64,000 bases of DNA, taken from Narcine bancroftii. Taxonomy: Eukaryota. Of the stretch, positions 24,431 through 38,687 are shown piece after piece. How positions within the stretch are numbered: position 1 is the first letter of the stretch; every line of letters begins with the position of its first letter. A model generated the notes under the pieces. The model saw only the letters and a list, made by a program, of their open reading frames with translations, searched no databases and was not told where the DNA came from. The position numbers and the translations under genes were made by a program. The stretch covers positions 12,462,001-12,526,000 of the forward strand of contig NC_091481.1 of NCBI RefSeq assembly GCF_036971445.1, written 5' to 3'.

Positions 24431-26675
24431 CATTAGATCAGAGGTCAATCCACAGGATAATAAAGGCAAGCAGAGTGTATCACTGGGGTCTCCTTTCCCT
24501 ATCGACATGACTTACCAGGATCATTGTCTAGAGAGGGCTCACAAAAATCAGCGAGGACCTCTGACAGCCCAGACACAGCATCTTCCAGCTATTTCCATCA
24601 GGAAAGAGATATAGGAGCCAGAACCACCAGGCTGAGAAACAGCTTTTTTCCATGGGCAAGAGACTGCTAAAAACTGATGAACTGCTCCGTGACTATTATT
24701 TAACTATATTTATTTAATTTAATATTCATATGGACACACTGTGCATATGTATTGTTTGCTTGTATGTGTGTTATGTCTGGTTTGTGCCTGCATGTCTTGC
24801 ACCGAATACCGGAGAACACGGTTTTGTCAGGTTGTACCTCTACAATTGGATGATAAACAAACTTGTAATCTCAAGCACAATGTAATAAGAAAGATGTGCA
24901 TTTCTTCTACAGTTAATCACAATCTCAAAACAACGTAAAGTGTTTTACAATCATTGAGGATAGTTTTGAACTGAGCAAGAACGTAAGCATCGAGATTGCA
25001 GAGTACCTGTGCACTGTCAGCAATAGCCATTTCAACTGTCCTTCCCACTCCCGCACCAACTTGTCCATCCTCAGCCTTTGCCAAATCCAGGATGAGGTGA
25101 CTAACAAACCAGTGGAACAACGCTTCATATTCCACCTGGGCAGTCTACCACCCAGTGATGTTAACTTTAAATGTACCAATTTCATGTAACCCTTACTTTC
25201 TGTGTTCCTCCTGCCCCTCTTTCCTTCTGACCCACTTCCATTTTTGTTACCTTTTCCATAATATTCCTCCAGTCTCTATCATCCATTTTCAGTCCCTTTC
25301 CACCCCCAGTTCCATCCACCTACCTCCTACACATTTCAGCCAATAGATACCCAATCAAATTTGGTTATACTTGCTCTTGATTTCTCCCTAACGATTCCCA
25401 CTATCACATTCTTTAACCTATTAGATTCAAGCACTGGTCACCTGTGTTCCAGTGTATTAACTTTGATTGACGCCTGGCTCCACCTGTCCCTTTTCTTCTT
25501 TGTTCGCTTCAACCCATCACTCACCTGCTGATATCTCCCACCTCTCCCAGCTCCACTACTATCATCCTTCACCCTCATTGGTTTTATCAATTACCTACTG
25601 GCCCATGTCTCACCCCTCCTCTTTCCTCTTTACAATATCTTTCCTCTCCACTCTCAGACCTGATGCAGGATCTCATCCCAAAAAGTTGCCAGTTTCTTCA
25701 CCACCATGGATTTTGCTCAACATGCTGGGTTCCTCCTGTAATTTGTTTGATGTTTCACATTCCAGCAATCACAATTTTTAAAAAATATTTTATTTAAATT
25801 TTTTGAAGACTTATATAGAATATTATTACATATATCATATAAATAGTATTTTAAAATGACCATCTTTAGACAAGATCTTTAGTTTTACTTTTGTTATCAG
25901 TGGTCTGCAAAACTATCTCACAGGACATTCTTGCAAAACTATCTCACAAGGACATTCCTATAGTTTGTAGAAAGTACATCTGCAGAGATCCTTCCAATTT
26001 ACAGAATCACTGGACAGGCATTTTCTCTCTTTCCAGATTGGTGTGTAGATTTTTCTTTTACATAGTTCATTTCTAAATTGTCTCTGAATTTTATTGAAAA
26101 TGTTTGGCTGCAGTTGAGTTTAACTAATGGTCTCCTGCTTCACATAATTCTGATCACCAAAGTGGTCTGAGTCATGGCTGTGACATTTGGTTTCACTGCA
26201 CACATCTTGTGGGCTTGAGATTTAGCATTACCCAATAATATTTTTTGCAAATAAGCCACATATGTCTGTGGTTATTAATTGGCAACTTAAGTTAGTTGTT
26301 AGGTTTGTGTCTTTTTGACTGACATAGCACTCAGGTCAGAAGCAGTGACCTCAGGCACCCTAAAAGGATGTGTTGAAATAAGTCCAGAACTAATATTCCA
26401 CAGCATGTACCCAAAAGCCACATGAGGAACATATTCAAATCATCAAAATCCAATTGGGACTAAGTATGTGGAGAGTCAAAGTGGTTCAGAAGAAATTCTA
26501 CAGTGCACTGAAACATGAATGCTACAGAAATGATATTTCTACATGTGTGCATTCACATGCACCATTCATTGTGAATGTGCTGGATATTTGATAGTCATGC
26601 ATTTATGCCATGTCTCCTTCTCTATCACTCCCAAGTGTTTCCCCTTTCACAGGTTTATCCAATTCATTCAGTAAA

Positions 26676-27260
26676 TTACATTAACATTTTTTCAAAATGT
26701 TTGCTTTCTGAAAATAAACTGGGGATTATGATAGACAACTTCTAAATTAACACAAAGATAATTTCAGATTTGCTGCATCATGTAGGAAGTTGGAGAAACA
26801 TTAGCTTTTAGTGAATTAAATGCATAATGATGCTGACACATTGCTTTAGTTCAACTGACCTAAAAATGTTTTATCGCTGATTTTCATTTGTACTCACCAT
26901 CTGATGCCTCTCATGTTTGTGTCCAACAATAGTCACCAGATTGATGAATTCCAGTTGTCCTGATACCACTTTTCCATGGTTGCAATGTCCTGCTGAAGCC
27001 TTTCACCATATTTGTCACTGACCACACCAAGATCATCAGGGAAGAAGCCCAAGTGCGAAAGCAGAAAATGAATTTTCAATGACATGCTGCACTTCATGGT
27101 TTTGTTTGCTTGAAGTAGACTTAAAATATGACAGGAAATCAAAAATAGGTCATATCTAAAAAATGTTATGTTGTTTTAAGGTGATTTTCATGATCAGCAG
27201 ACAAAAATCCATAAAATACACCCAAAAGGGTTCAGGAAGAAAAATCTTCATTGTCCAGTG
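26676..27260 (-). mobile_element. Internally deleted DNA transposon, Chapaev3-like (CMC superfamily), retaining the transposase C-terminus
   Basis: ORF 26933-27142 reads MSLKIHFLLSHLGFFPDDLGVVSDKYGERLQQDIATMEKWYQ, recalled from the KIHFLHSHLDFFP..LGAVSDEHGERFHQDI motif. CACTGG terminus at 27260(-). Confidence 0.65.
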
Positions 27261-27807
27261 TTACTGAATCTTCTGCCATTACCTCAAATAAACATGCTGA
27301 TTTTGGTTCTTTCTGCAATCACCTTAAACCCACGTCCTCTGGTTATTGATCAATTTCTCCGGAATACATTTGAAAGCTATTCATGAGCTGATTTTTCAGC
27401 AAGAGTATGTAGGTAACATTCACCTCCATGACTGTGAAGTAGATTGAGACTCCCACACAATTCCTAGTTTTCCCTCACAATTAATTGCTCCAGAAACTCT
27501 GATTGAGCCCTAATTTTGGACCCCTCGTGGTCTTACATCTTTGAACTAGTTTATGTAATTGATTTGTTGTTTCAGCGTGCTTTCAATAAACTTAAAAAGA
27601 GAATGCATGGCATTGCCAGTATTATCACGGTGCTGTACCAACACGAAGCTGGAGAAACTCAGCAGGTCAAGCAAGAGCTTGACAGCAGCAGGGATTACGG
27701 ATGGGGAGCAGTGAGAGAATCCCACAGCACTCTTTTCGGAGAGAAAAGGATAACTTCTTCAGGGTAGGCATTCACAGAGATTTCACAGAGTTGTGCAGTA
27801 GTCAGGA

Positions 27808-27942
27808 GTAAAACACAAAAATCTGCAGACACTGTGGTTGAAATAAAAACACGCTGTTGGAAAAATTCAACAGGTCGAGCAAAGTTTCTCCAGCTTTGTG
27901 CTTTTACTTCAACCATGGTGTCTGCAGATTTTTGTGTTTTAC
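27808..27942. repeat. ~60-bp-arm inverted repeat made of Penelope-like element termini
   Basis: GTAAAACACAAAAATCTGCAGACAC...GTGTCTGCAGATTTTTGTGTTTTAC. Confidence 0.85.
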
Positions 27943-29309
27943 TTTGACTTTATGTTGTACTTACCATGGTACTGAAGTAGGATTGGTTAGTGGGCAGAGA
28001 TCAAGGTCAGATTGGGTGAAAGGGGTGCCGCTGTTGTTCATAATTTGGAAGAGGGGATCAGAAGTTTTATATTCAACTTTGTTGAAGATACAAAGCTGGT
28101 GTGCTGTGAGGAGTCTTCTGAGAATAACTATGAATAGGCAAGGCTCTGACGGATGGAATTTAAAGTGGAAAACTCCTCTGGTTGGGAACATTTTTAAAAA
28201 TAGGAATAGTAATGGTGTTTAGGGAAATATGGGCATCCTTAAACATAAATGACTGAAAGTTAACATCTCACAAACATCAAGCTGGTAAGACTATATTAGT
28301 GTTTATTGTGGAGTGTTCAGTACCAGAGTTACAGTGCCAAACATCTCTCACTCAGGAGAGAAAAGAGAAGAAATTTCTTCACCCAAAAGGCAGTGAAGTT
28401 CTGGCATTCACTACCCAAGACAGTGTTAGAGGTTTGCTTATTGAACATAACGACATCAATCAATTTTTAAGTATTGAGGGATAGGACGTTCACGTTGGAA
28501 AATGACACTCAAGTAAAAAAAAATCATGACCTTATAGCATACAAGAAAGGCTGATTCTGCTTTGCATTCTTGCATCCTTCAGAGGGCACCTTTAAAACAA
28601 TTACAAAGCTGATTATGACAAGGTAATGCTGGATTTTCAACCCATTAACCAGCTTTTAAAAATTCATGCCCCATGGATACTTTAAGATACAAGGAAGCAA
28701 CAGTTCATTCCAAATCTTAAGTCTCTCGATTTTACTTCATTCTTTGTTAATATTTCAGGATCTGGATGCCATAGCAAATTCAGCATTTATTGCCCATCCT
28801 TAGTTGCCCTGAAATGAAGTGTGATGCTTGGCCATTTCAGACCTCACTGGAGTCAAATGTAGTACAAAGCTAACAGATTCCCTCCCCTGAAGGACATTAG
28901 TGAACCATTGGTGGTTGTGATATACAGGACTACAGAAATTTATTTGTAAATTGCAGATTACTTACCAACTTAGCCATAAAGGCTGTATTAGGACTCATGA
29001 TCAGGTAGCTAAATTATTTATCCAGATATTTAAACAGTGCACAACCACAGTGAACACATGAATAAAAGCAGCAGCCACGTGGAAATGTGAGTGGCTTGGG
29101 GAAAACATCACTGCAGCAAACTCTAGAAACTTGCTAACATAACTTGAGGATGAAGATTATCACCACCTTCTTGGGGGGTCAATCATAGGTGGGCAATAAA
29201 TTGATTCCTAATAACAATGTCCATGTTGTATTGTATAGCTGGGCATGACTCAATGTCCTACAAGGATTTGTGGGGGACTTCAACAACTCTATCTACTTAA
29301 TAATGATGT

Positions 29310-29566
29310 TGTGGCAACTCGCCCATGCATCAGGTGAAGCAGCTCACGGAGTCGCGGGCAAATCCGCAGCAGATCTGACTGTGAGAGCTCTGGGTGCAGG
29401 GCAAGGCCACAGCCTAGCGGATGATGTCATAAAAGTCCCGGGAGTCGCAAGCATCATTGGGTTCTAAGGAATTTAAATGCAAGCAAGAGTTCTATTAAAA
29501 TCAGTTGGTTCAACTCACTTTTGACTGTGTGTTTCTTTCGCTCATTGAGTGCCCAGTGGGACTACA
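29310..29566 (+). mobile_element. Solo LTR
   Basis: TGT...ACA ends, 4-bp target-site duplication ATGT (29306-29309 and 29567-29570), internal ATTAAA. Confidence 0.75.
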
Positions 29567-30417
29567 ATGTACATATTGGTTAGAATAACAGATATCTAAA
29601 TTTGTCAAAAGCAATAGATGATATTATCATTGTTATAAAGATATCAATAGATTACATAAATGATCAAAATAGTCCATTTCAATATAAGCAAATATAAAAG
29701 AAGACTGTATTTTCCAAATGGTGAAAAGCTAGTAGTAACAGATTCACAGCCTTGGGGATCTATATGAATGGATCATTAAAATGTGGTGGAAATGCAAAAA
29801 TGTGAACCTTTACTTTCAGAATACAGGAATAAAGAATTATTCTAAAGCAATGGAAACCCATTAGACCACATCTGGAATTCGACTAGTTCTGGGCTTCACA
29901 ACTCAAGATACGTTGGCCCTGAAGAGAGCACAAGATGATATGAGCTTCAAGGATAAATTATGAAGAGTAAAGACACAAACTGGAATTTTATTCCTTGGAA
30001 TTTATAAGCATAAAGATAATTTTTGTATTGAAAATATCAAGGTTAACAATGTAGATATGGAGAAATTATGTCTTCTGAATGGGAGGCTAGAAGAGAGACC
30101 AGACCTGAGATGGAACTTACAGTTATGAAGTTAGGAAGTACTTCCTGATTCCAAGTGGTTAAAGAAATTTGGAACTCTCCCTTCTGCAAATAGCTGTTGA
30201 TGCAAGGATAAATGTTTAATTGCAATAATTAATAGATTTATAATAGATTTAAAGAATAGAAAGCAAAGGCACTAGTTGGGCCACAGATCTACCATGGTAG
30301 AAAGGGTTCGAGGCTGAACTGTCTGCTTTATTCTCACATTTCAATTTCACAGGCTTGCTCTCATGCTAAACCTGGTTTGCAATTTCTGGTAATACAGTAG
30401 TACCTAACTGCTCAGGT

Positions 30418-33400
30418 ACAGTACAACACCGATTATCCATAATGGTCTGGACCAGGCCCATTTCAGATAAACCATAATTTTGGATAATTGGTCTTTTTTT
30501 TAAAAAACAGCCCAGTAAAAACCAACAGCAAATCACTTTGTAACAGCGTTTAAACAAGGAAAAACTTTTTATGCATGAAATAATGTTTAATTCTCTCCAA
30601 AAAAACAACCTGAACAAAATAAGATAAACCCAACACCAAAAAAAATTAAAAAAAAAAATTCTACTCAGAGGTTTTCAAAAATTCGAAAATTTTCAACCTG
30701 TGAAAACTGAGGATTTCTGAATGTTTCTGAAATCTTCATTTTTTTAAAATTTTATTTTTGATTTTCCATTATTAAACCAGAACACATCATTGACAATTAC
30801 AGAGCATATCAATATCTTCCAGCAATCTACACATATGTTTCCCCACCCCTTCCATTCCCACCTCCCCCACCCCCACTCCCTGGAGAGAGAAGGAAAAGTA
30901 AAGTTAACAAAAGAGAAAGAAGAGGAGAAAAGAAAGGTTGGGTGTGGTGGTGCTTTCAGTGTGTATCCACCCTCTTGTATAGCTACTTTTCTTGATCCAT
31001 CTATTGGTGAATCTTTATGTCTTTTTCATCAGGGTGTGGCTACAGTCGTGCTCCCATGTACTTCAGATAAGGCTGCCATATTTTAACAAAGGTGCTGTGT
31101 AAATTTCTAAGATTATATGTAATTTTTTTCCATTGTAATACAGCTGTGCATCTCAGTAATCCATTTGCTGGTATGAAGAGGGGAGTCAGACTTGCAGGTC
31201 ATTGCTATATTTTTTTTTGTTATGGTCAAAGATACAAATATGAATTGAATTTGGAATTTAGTTAATTTGTAGCTTATGTCCATAAGGTTCCCTAGTAGAT
31301 ACAATGCTGGGTTTGGCAGGAAGGTTATCTTCATTATTTTGGTATGTTGGCCAAATCCTGCCAAAATGGGGTTACCTTTGCACAGGACCAAGTTGCATGA
31401 ACGAATGTTCCCTGCTCCACTCCACATCTAAACCACATTTCTGCAACCTCTGGTTTTGCCTTGTGGTTTTTTTTGTTGTGAGGTAGAGCTGTGGCAGAAA
31501 GTTGTATTGGACTAATCTGTATCTAGTTGGTAATTGTTTTTACACTATCTTTACATCAGTCTGACTGACATCTTTTGTCAATTGTAATGCCCAGGTCTGA
31601 CTTCCATCTTTGATCTGTGTAGCCTCTGTTTGGGGTTTCACCTTGGAGTAACGAGTACATTCTTGATATAAATTTGGGTGGGTTTCCCAGTCGAAGTAAC
31701 ATTTCAACCTCACTAGGTGTAGGTGGGATCATTGTAGGGCCTCACCTGTCTCTTAAGAATGACCTTGATTGGAGGAAACAGTGAAAGGTTCCATAAGACA
31801 AATCTTATTTGCTCCATAGCTGCTCGAAAGATACAAACTATCTCCCTTCGTAGTAGTCCTCAATGTCGGATCCCATGTCGGTGCCAAATCTCCAAGATTT
31901 TATTCCCCTTGTTCATGGGCATCAATTTATTTTGAATCAGTGGTGCCTTAGGTGATATTTCCACCTTCTTTCCAATATATTCATTGATATCGTGCCAGAT
32001 TTTAATCAGATGTTTCAGTATGGGGTTATCTTTTTTTTTTGCTATTAATTTAGTGTCCCATTTGTATACGAGATCCTTCATCGTCCTCTCCCCCAATGCA
32101 TGCCAATCCCATTTGCACCCAAGAGGGTAGTTCCCCTTCTTCAAAGGAGAATACAATGAACCTTGACTGAGCTGCCAGATAATATCTCTTAAAATCAGGC
32201 AACATGAGCCCCTCCCCACCCCCAAACTGTAGACCGATATCGATTTTTTCAAGGGTATTCTGGGTACTTACCCATTCTAACTGAAGTTGCTGGTTCTTTG
32301 GCTTCTTCATGGTCAAATTTATTCAGTGGCATGATATTGCTTTCTTCCTATGGCTTGGTAGCCCAGTATTGTATCATAGTCCTCCAGTGTGACGAGCAAC
32401 TTTGGCTTGTCATACAATGTTTTTATCCAGTTAACAAACATTTGTTCCATTCCAAATTTTTCCAGAACTTTAAAGAGGAAAGCCATTCTAGCAGATCGAA
32501 GGTCTTTCTGCATCTAGCAAGACTATTATACTTAGATCATGCTTTGCCTGTGCCAAATGTATATTAAATAGTCTGTTTAAGTTGTTGACAGAGTGCCACT
32601 TCCTGATGAAGCCCACTTGGTCCCAATATATCAGTTTGAGAAGGTATCGACCCAGCCTGTTGGCTAATGTATTATTTTGTAGTTTATTATTTTATTTTAT
32701 AGTGACATAGGTCTGTATGAGGATGGCTTCATTGGGCCTTTTTTTTAGGTATCACCACAATGAAGGGTGTTGAGAAAGATTCCGAGAGGGTCTGCATCTC
32801 CGCTGCCTGGTTCACCAGCCCCATTAACAATTGTATCATAGGTCTTTGAATTCTTTATAGAACTCAGGATGGGGGGGGGGGGGGGGAGAAACCTGTCCTC
32901 TCCCAGAGACTTCATTATTTGCAAGGTTCCCAAGGCCCGTTCGATTTCCTCATTATAAAGTGGGGCATCTAATTCTGTCTGGTCCTCCTGGGCCAATCTC
33001 GGCAGCTCAATCACTGCCAAGAACTCCTCAATTTTATTTATGTCTTTTGGTGCCTCGGATTTGTACAATTTCTCATAATAAGTTTTAAAGGTGTCATTAA
33101 TTTCTCTTGGATTGTATGTTGTCGAGTCCGGCCCGGACTTAACCACATTAATCATCCATAGTTGCCTCTACTCTCAATTGCCATACCACTATTTTGTGTT
33201 TTTCACCTAATTCATAATATCTTTGCTTGGATCGCAAGAGCGTTTTTTCTGACTCTGTATGTTTGCAGAGTGTTGTATCTAAGTTTCTCGGTCCTAGCTA
33301 CTAATAAACCGGATCAGATTGGCCTTGATCGTTGATTTGGGGTGGGGCGGGGCCGAGAGTCTGATGGGCCCTTTCTATGGCTAGGAGGTTCTGAATCATT

Positions 33401-34157
33401 CCCTTCCCAATACTTTGGGAATCCAGTGTTCAAAGAACTCCACCAAATCCTTCCCTTCCTCCTCCTCTTTCAGGCCCAGTAGTTTAATGTTATTGCGGCA
33501 ATTGTAATTTTCCAGTAATTCCAACTTATCTATCAGCTGTTTCTTTCAACGACCCATGCATTGGCTGTATCTTCCTGTTTTTGTTGTCCGTCCTGGACAT
33601 CCTCCATCTAGTCTTCCATGGCTCTGACATGATTTGTCAGAGTACCAATTGAAGTTTAAGGTTGAACCCTCCGAGACCTTTTAGTCTGGTGTTCAGTTGT
33701 GTTCCAGACCTCCAATCTGGGTCGCCAGGAACCGCACTACTGCCAGAACATCTTGGTTGGGCGAACCCAACGTCACAGACTTCATTCTCGCACCATCCCC
33801 GCTGGTAGCATTGGGAGCCTGCAGGTCGCCAGTGTCGAGTGAGTTTTCAGTCGACGTTTCTGTTGCTTCTATCTGGTCTCAGTATTCTATTGCCTGCTTC
33901 TTGCTCTTCCAGTCCATCTTACTTCAGCCTGGGTAAGTTTAATTTATTTTTCTAGATGATATTTTCTTTATTTTAGAGGCTTTTAGACGGGAGCTCTCTG
34001 GGCACGAGTTTTCAGCCTCTCTTATTTATCTTTTGGATAAATAAAGATTTGATTTTTCTGAAATCCTCGATTATCTGAAAAAATTTTCTGAGACGAACAG
34101 ACATCACTTCCAGGTCCAAAAAATTTCAGATAATCTGATTTTGGATAATTGGAGTTT
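30418..34157. mobile_element. Tigger-like MITE split by an L1 insertion (arms ~30418-30740 and ~34040-34157)
   Basis: TA-CAGTACAACACCGATTATCC left end and TTGGATAATTGGAGTT right-end remnant on either side of the L1. Confidence 0.55.
30745..34010 (-). mobile_element. L1/Tx1-clade LINE, degenerate with internal deletions
   Basis: ORF1 remnant (LENYNCRNNIKLLGLKE, ~33470-33520) and ORF2 remnants (INDTFKTYYEKLYKSE, FVNWIKTLY, GLMLPDFKRYYLAAQ, ITKKNIAMT); T-rich tail near 30740. Confidence 0.88.
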
Positions 34158-37100
34158 AAAATTTCTTTATGCATTTGCAGATTGTTATATTAATTAGAAT
34201 TAGTAATGTGTCATAAACCAAATGGAAAACTAATGAAACCAAACAATCCTTTGGTGTCACAGGTCTCGGGTAAAACTGGGTACGTTTTCAATTTTTAGCA
34301 TGCATTTTCAAAGATTCGCCAATGCTAAGATGCCCATAAATAGCAAAATATTCTGAGGTGTATTATCATCATGAATCATAAAAGATATTAGAACAAATGA
34401 CTAAAACTTTTATTATCAAATGAGCATCTTAAAGGAACAGAGAGAGAGGCAGAAAGGAAAGTGATTAGAGACAGAATTTCAAATGTTAATACCTAGGCAT
34501 CTGATGGCAGTCTGCTCGTGAAGGAATGATTAAAATTAAGGGACAGATAGATTTCATTGGATTCTTTGGATTGTAGAACATGAGGTTATTATAGAATCAA
34601 GGGGGTGGGGGAACAGGAAAATACCACGTAAGCATACATGTAAAATTTCTTTTAAGAAACCGAGACCACTCACAAGACATGCAGTCAAACAAAACTTTGA
34701 CCTTAATGTTTTGGAGAATAACCAGTTAAAACTCAGCAATTTGATTTTTCCTGTTCTTGCTGGCGTCTAGCCATTGAATTTGTCTTAGAGACAAGCATAA
34801 CTCTGAAAATATTTGCCTGCGGGAGGAATATCCTTCACCACTGGCCCAGCATCACTTATGTTTGATCTTCTACATCACGGACCAGAGATTTGGGTCCCTG
34901 AGTGGGGAGCATGAATCATTAATAAACCATGAGCAATCACATTACAGGTTACAGAGCTCTCTGACCTGCTTCTGTCCGCCTTAGTCACTGGTTTTAGGTG
35001 CCCGCACTTTCAAACCAAAATCCCTCAAATGCCCAGCTTGACGTCGACACAGTTACTGACTGACGAGTTTTAAAAACTCCGCTGTCTGTGCCTGGAGGGT
35101 GGGGGTTGGAAATGTGCTTACATTGGTATCCAAGGATACAGCAAAATATAAAATAAGAATTGGAACCTGTTCAAGAGGAGGGCTGGTACTTTTAAGTGGA
35201 AATATTTTCCTGTTCTTTACATCCAACAACAACATCAAATTCTGTCACAGTACAAATAACATGCAGAGTAAAGCCTCGACAACACATTTCCATCAAACTC
35301 AGCCTGGGCAGGTGAGAAGAAAAATCAAAGCCATGCAGGGCAGGCACAGTATAAACAAATAAAAATATACTTTCTATACTATCTTATGAAACATTACAAG
35401 GTTAGGTGTGGTTCTTGTAATGTTTGATGAGGCAGGTTTGCAGTAAAGTCTTCTATGGAAATACAGCACAGATTAGATTTTATTTTGTTTTTATTTCAAA
35501 ATACAATTCATTTCAACAAATTCTAAATCCAATTTTATAACCTACCTTAAATAACGCTGACAAATTATTGGCATTTGTGGCAGGTTGTATAGATTTGTGA
35601 TCACTTGCAAGAGGTCCCTTGTTCATGTACAGGTTCCATGTTGTGACACTGCATTGTCCACCATCATATAGTCTGCTAAAACATCCTGCATAAACTGCGG
35701 CCATACAAGTGAAAATGCTGAAAAAAATTGCTTAGGAAGGCCATGCTTCAGAACGAGCAGCCAGTGGATTGCTTGAAAACTACTTATGAAGAAGAGCTGA
35801 GAAAGAAGACCAAGGAAGGTACAATTAATTGAACATGGTTGAGTACTATGACCACCTGATATCCCAAAACGTGCTGCCACCAATAAAGTGCAGTCTCTTG
35901 AAAGCTGGAATCACAATTAATTTGGACACATTGTACACCAGCAGTAGTAAGCCAGTAGTGAGAGATAAATACTGGCAGGACACTAGAAAGGCTTCCTAAT
36001 TCTTCCTCACATACTGGAAGGAACCCTCTGCAGCCAGCCAAGAGGACAGATGGGGGATCATGAGTTCATGAATTAACCAAATGTGGCTCAGCTCACTTGG
36101 CTAACATACTTTTGCACAAAACTCTGGTGTGGGCCCCACATCCAAAACTTGGCTGACTTGAGGGAAGAGGTTATTGGGAAAAGGTTATATAAAAAGTGGC
36201 AGCTGGTAAAATACAGAGACAAGGAGGTTAAAGGATTTAAGTGAACTTGGAATGATGAAGGTGAACAGTAAGTATTTGTAATGTTGCGAGGGTGGTGGGG
36301 AAAGGATTATAGAGTAAAAGATGTCTGTCTCATTTCAGGGGATATCTTTGTTTGGGAGGAACAATGTTCAACACTTCCTTTGTTTCTATCATGTAGAAGT
36401 TTCCGAACAATTGCAAAATGACACGGCCAAGCACATCAACAAGGGGAAAATAAACAATGGTGCATCCATTAAAGGGGAAGAGATTATGATCAGTACCTTC
36501 ACAGGGAGAACTTAAAGACTGGATCTTAACATCACTACTGTATTATTGGGAAGGAAGGTGCAACAACCCCAAATTAGCATATTCCAAAAATCGCATTCTT
36601 TAATTGTTTATGTTGTTCATTTCTCATCAAACTCTAACATTATCCAGTTATTTTATCATTGTTAGAATATACGTAAAGGTGGAATAACTTTAACTAAGCC
36701 TTTTATTTTAGATGAATTTACATTTGTCCTTCCTCACCTGTAAAGAAAAACTCCCCAAAATGCATTTCTCAGAAATGATTGGTCTTCCATTAGATCGCTG
36801 GGATCCTGTTCTAATTAAGGCTCTCTCCCAGCTGTGAAGCACTGTGGTCAGTTGTGGTTCCTTAGCTAAGAGGCTAAAGACTCAGCCTTCAAAAGTGAAA
36901 GCATGTTATCCCCAAGGCAGAATTCTGATCATTTTACTGTCAATATTCAGTCTAAAATACAGGTTAGGTCTCAACTGAGACTTAAGAAGCATTTTATAGG
37001 GATGGGGTCTCAACTGAGTAACTTGATAAAAATCAAACCACTGATTTAGGTGCAATTACAATTAATTCTTTAGTTAGTGGCTGCATGGGGAGACCACAAT

Positions 37101-38687
37101 GGTGTGGGTGGCATGTAAATAGGCCACATCATGAACCAAATATGCTTTGATATGTTTGATTAAAACCAAAAGGTGTGTCATCCTGCGGTTACTGAGAAGG
37201 GTGCATCATAGGATCCAGCTGCCGCGGGAGTGGCTCCAACTCACTGCCCTGTAGGGTGTTGAAGCAGCTTTACAAACCTTAGTTAATTATCTGTATTGTA
37301 ATTGCATGCAACCTTTCAGCACACATCTGGCTGCTCTTCTTAACCCACAGAATATTGGTTTTGGGTAACTTTCAATTTCTGTACCCTTCCCACCATGCCA
37401 CTCATTGTACAGTTCTGGACTATAAACCTCAGCTTGTCTGAAGAAGTATCCTGTAATCAATGTGCATTTATAAGGCATCTTTCATTGCTTTTGTTGTCAC
37501 TATTGCACAGTAAAACCCCTGGTGTTCAACACCTACAGGGATCGGTAGATGCTGGAAAAGCAAGTTTTCCAGTTGCTTGACTAATACATCAGCGTTAAGA
37601 ATAAACAGTTTAAAAGACAAAAATGTTCTACCGTACTTGCACTGAATAAACTTCACTTGTGTGAACATATATAAATCTTAAAGCATTTTACTTTGTTTTC
37701 AGTCACATTCTTTGAAAACATTTAACCATCTGTAGGTTCTTCCCCCTCCATGGAGCTGGCCAAAAGACCAACAATATCATAATTAACACAGCCCTCCACC
37801 AAGTTTATAGCCACCAAGTACTTTGAAAGTTTGTCATAAGAAGTTTAAATGAAAGATTATAAATTAGCAGCAATCAAGATGAACATTGAGAGATTTGTAA
37901 AGTTGTGAGAGGGAAATATTATAGAATAAAATATGAAATGAACCATCTTGTACATGGGATTTTTGAAATGGGCAGTATTCAACACTTGGAAAGATCATCT
38001 TTCTTCTGGGAAAACTTCCTTTGTTTCTCTTAGAAGTTTCAGATCAATTATAAAATGACAAGGCCTAATATCAACAAATGAAAAAGATGCAAGGGTGAAT
38101 TCAAAGGGAAGTGATTTAAATTTTAGACATACAGCATGGTAACAGGTCTTTTCAGCCCATGAGCCTGTGTCACCCAATTGACCTACAACCCCAGTGGTTG
38201 AATCAGCATCCTCACAGGGAGAGCATAGTGACCAGACCTGGACATCAATACTATAATACTGGGAGGAATAGCACTGCTTTTGGACTGTCCATGATGTTAC
38301 TTACAGAATAAGATAGCTCCCACGTTGCTGGATTTATGGAAATAATCTGATGTAGAGATTGGCAGCACGATTTACAGCGCCAGCAATTGGGACCTGACTG
38401 GAGTTTGAATCCTGCGCTATCTATAAGGAGTTTGTATGTTCTCTCCATGTCTTTGTAGGTTTTCTCTGAGGGCTCCAGTTTTCTCCCACCCTTCATCAAA
38501 AAAGGTAATGGGGTGTAGGTTAATGGGGTGTGAATTGGGCAGCATGGACTCCTGGGCTGAAATGGCCTGTTATAGTGCTCTATGTCTAAATTTTTAAAAA
38601 TGTAAGATGAGAGGGTGGTTGTGGGAGAAAGTGGAACCGTCTTAAATCAGGTATTTGAGGTGGAACAGAGTCGGGCAATAGAGACTA

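Noticed and set aside
25906-25958. LQNYL peptide resembling leptin LQKYL within a 26-bp tandem duplication
   Set aside because: Five-residue similarity only; surrounding frames have no other leptin features.
35623-36060. Possible polycystin/PLAT or TMEM53-like pseudo-exons
   Set aside because: Only vague fragments in different frames, with no consistent motif or exon chain.
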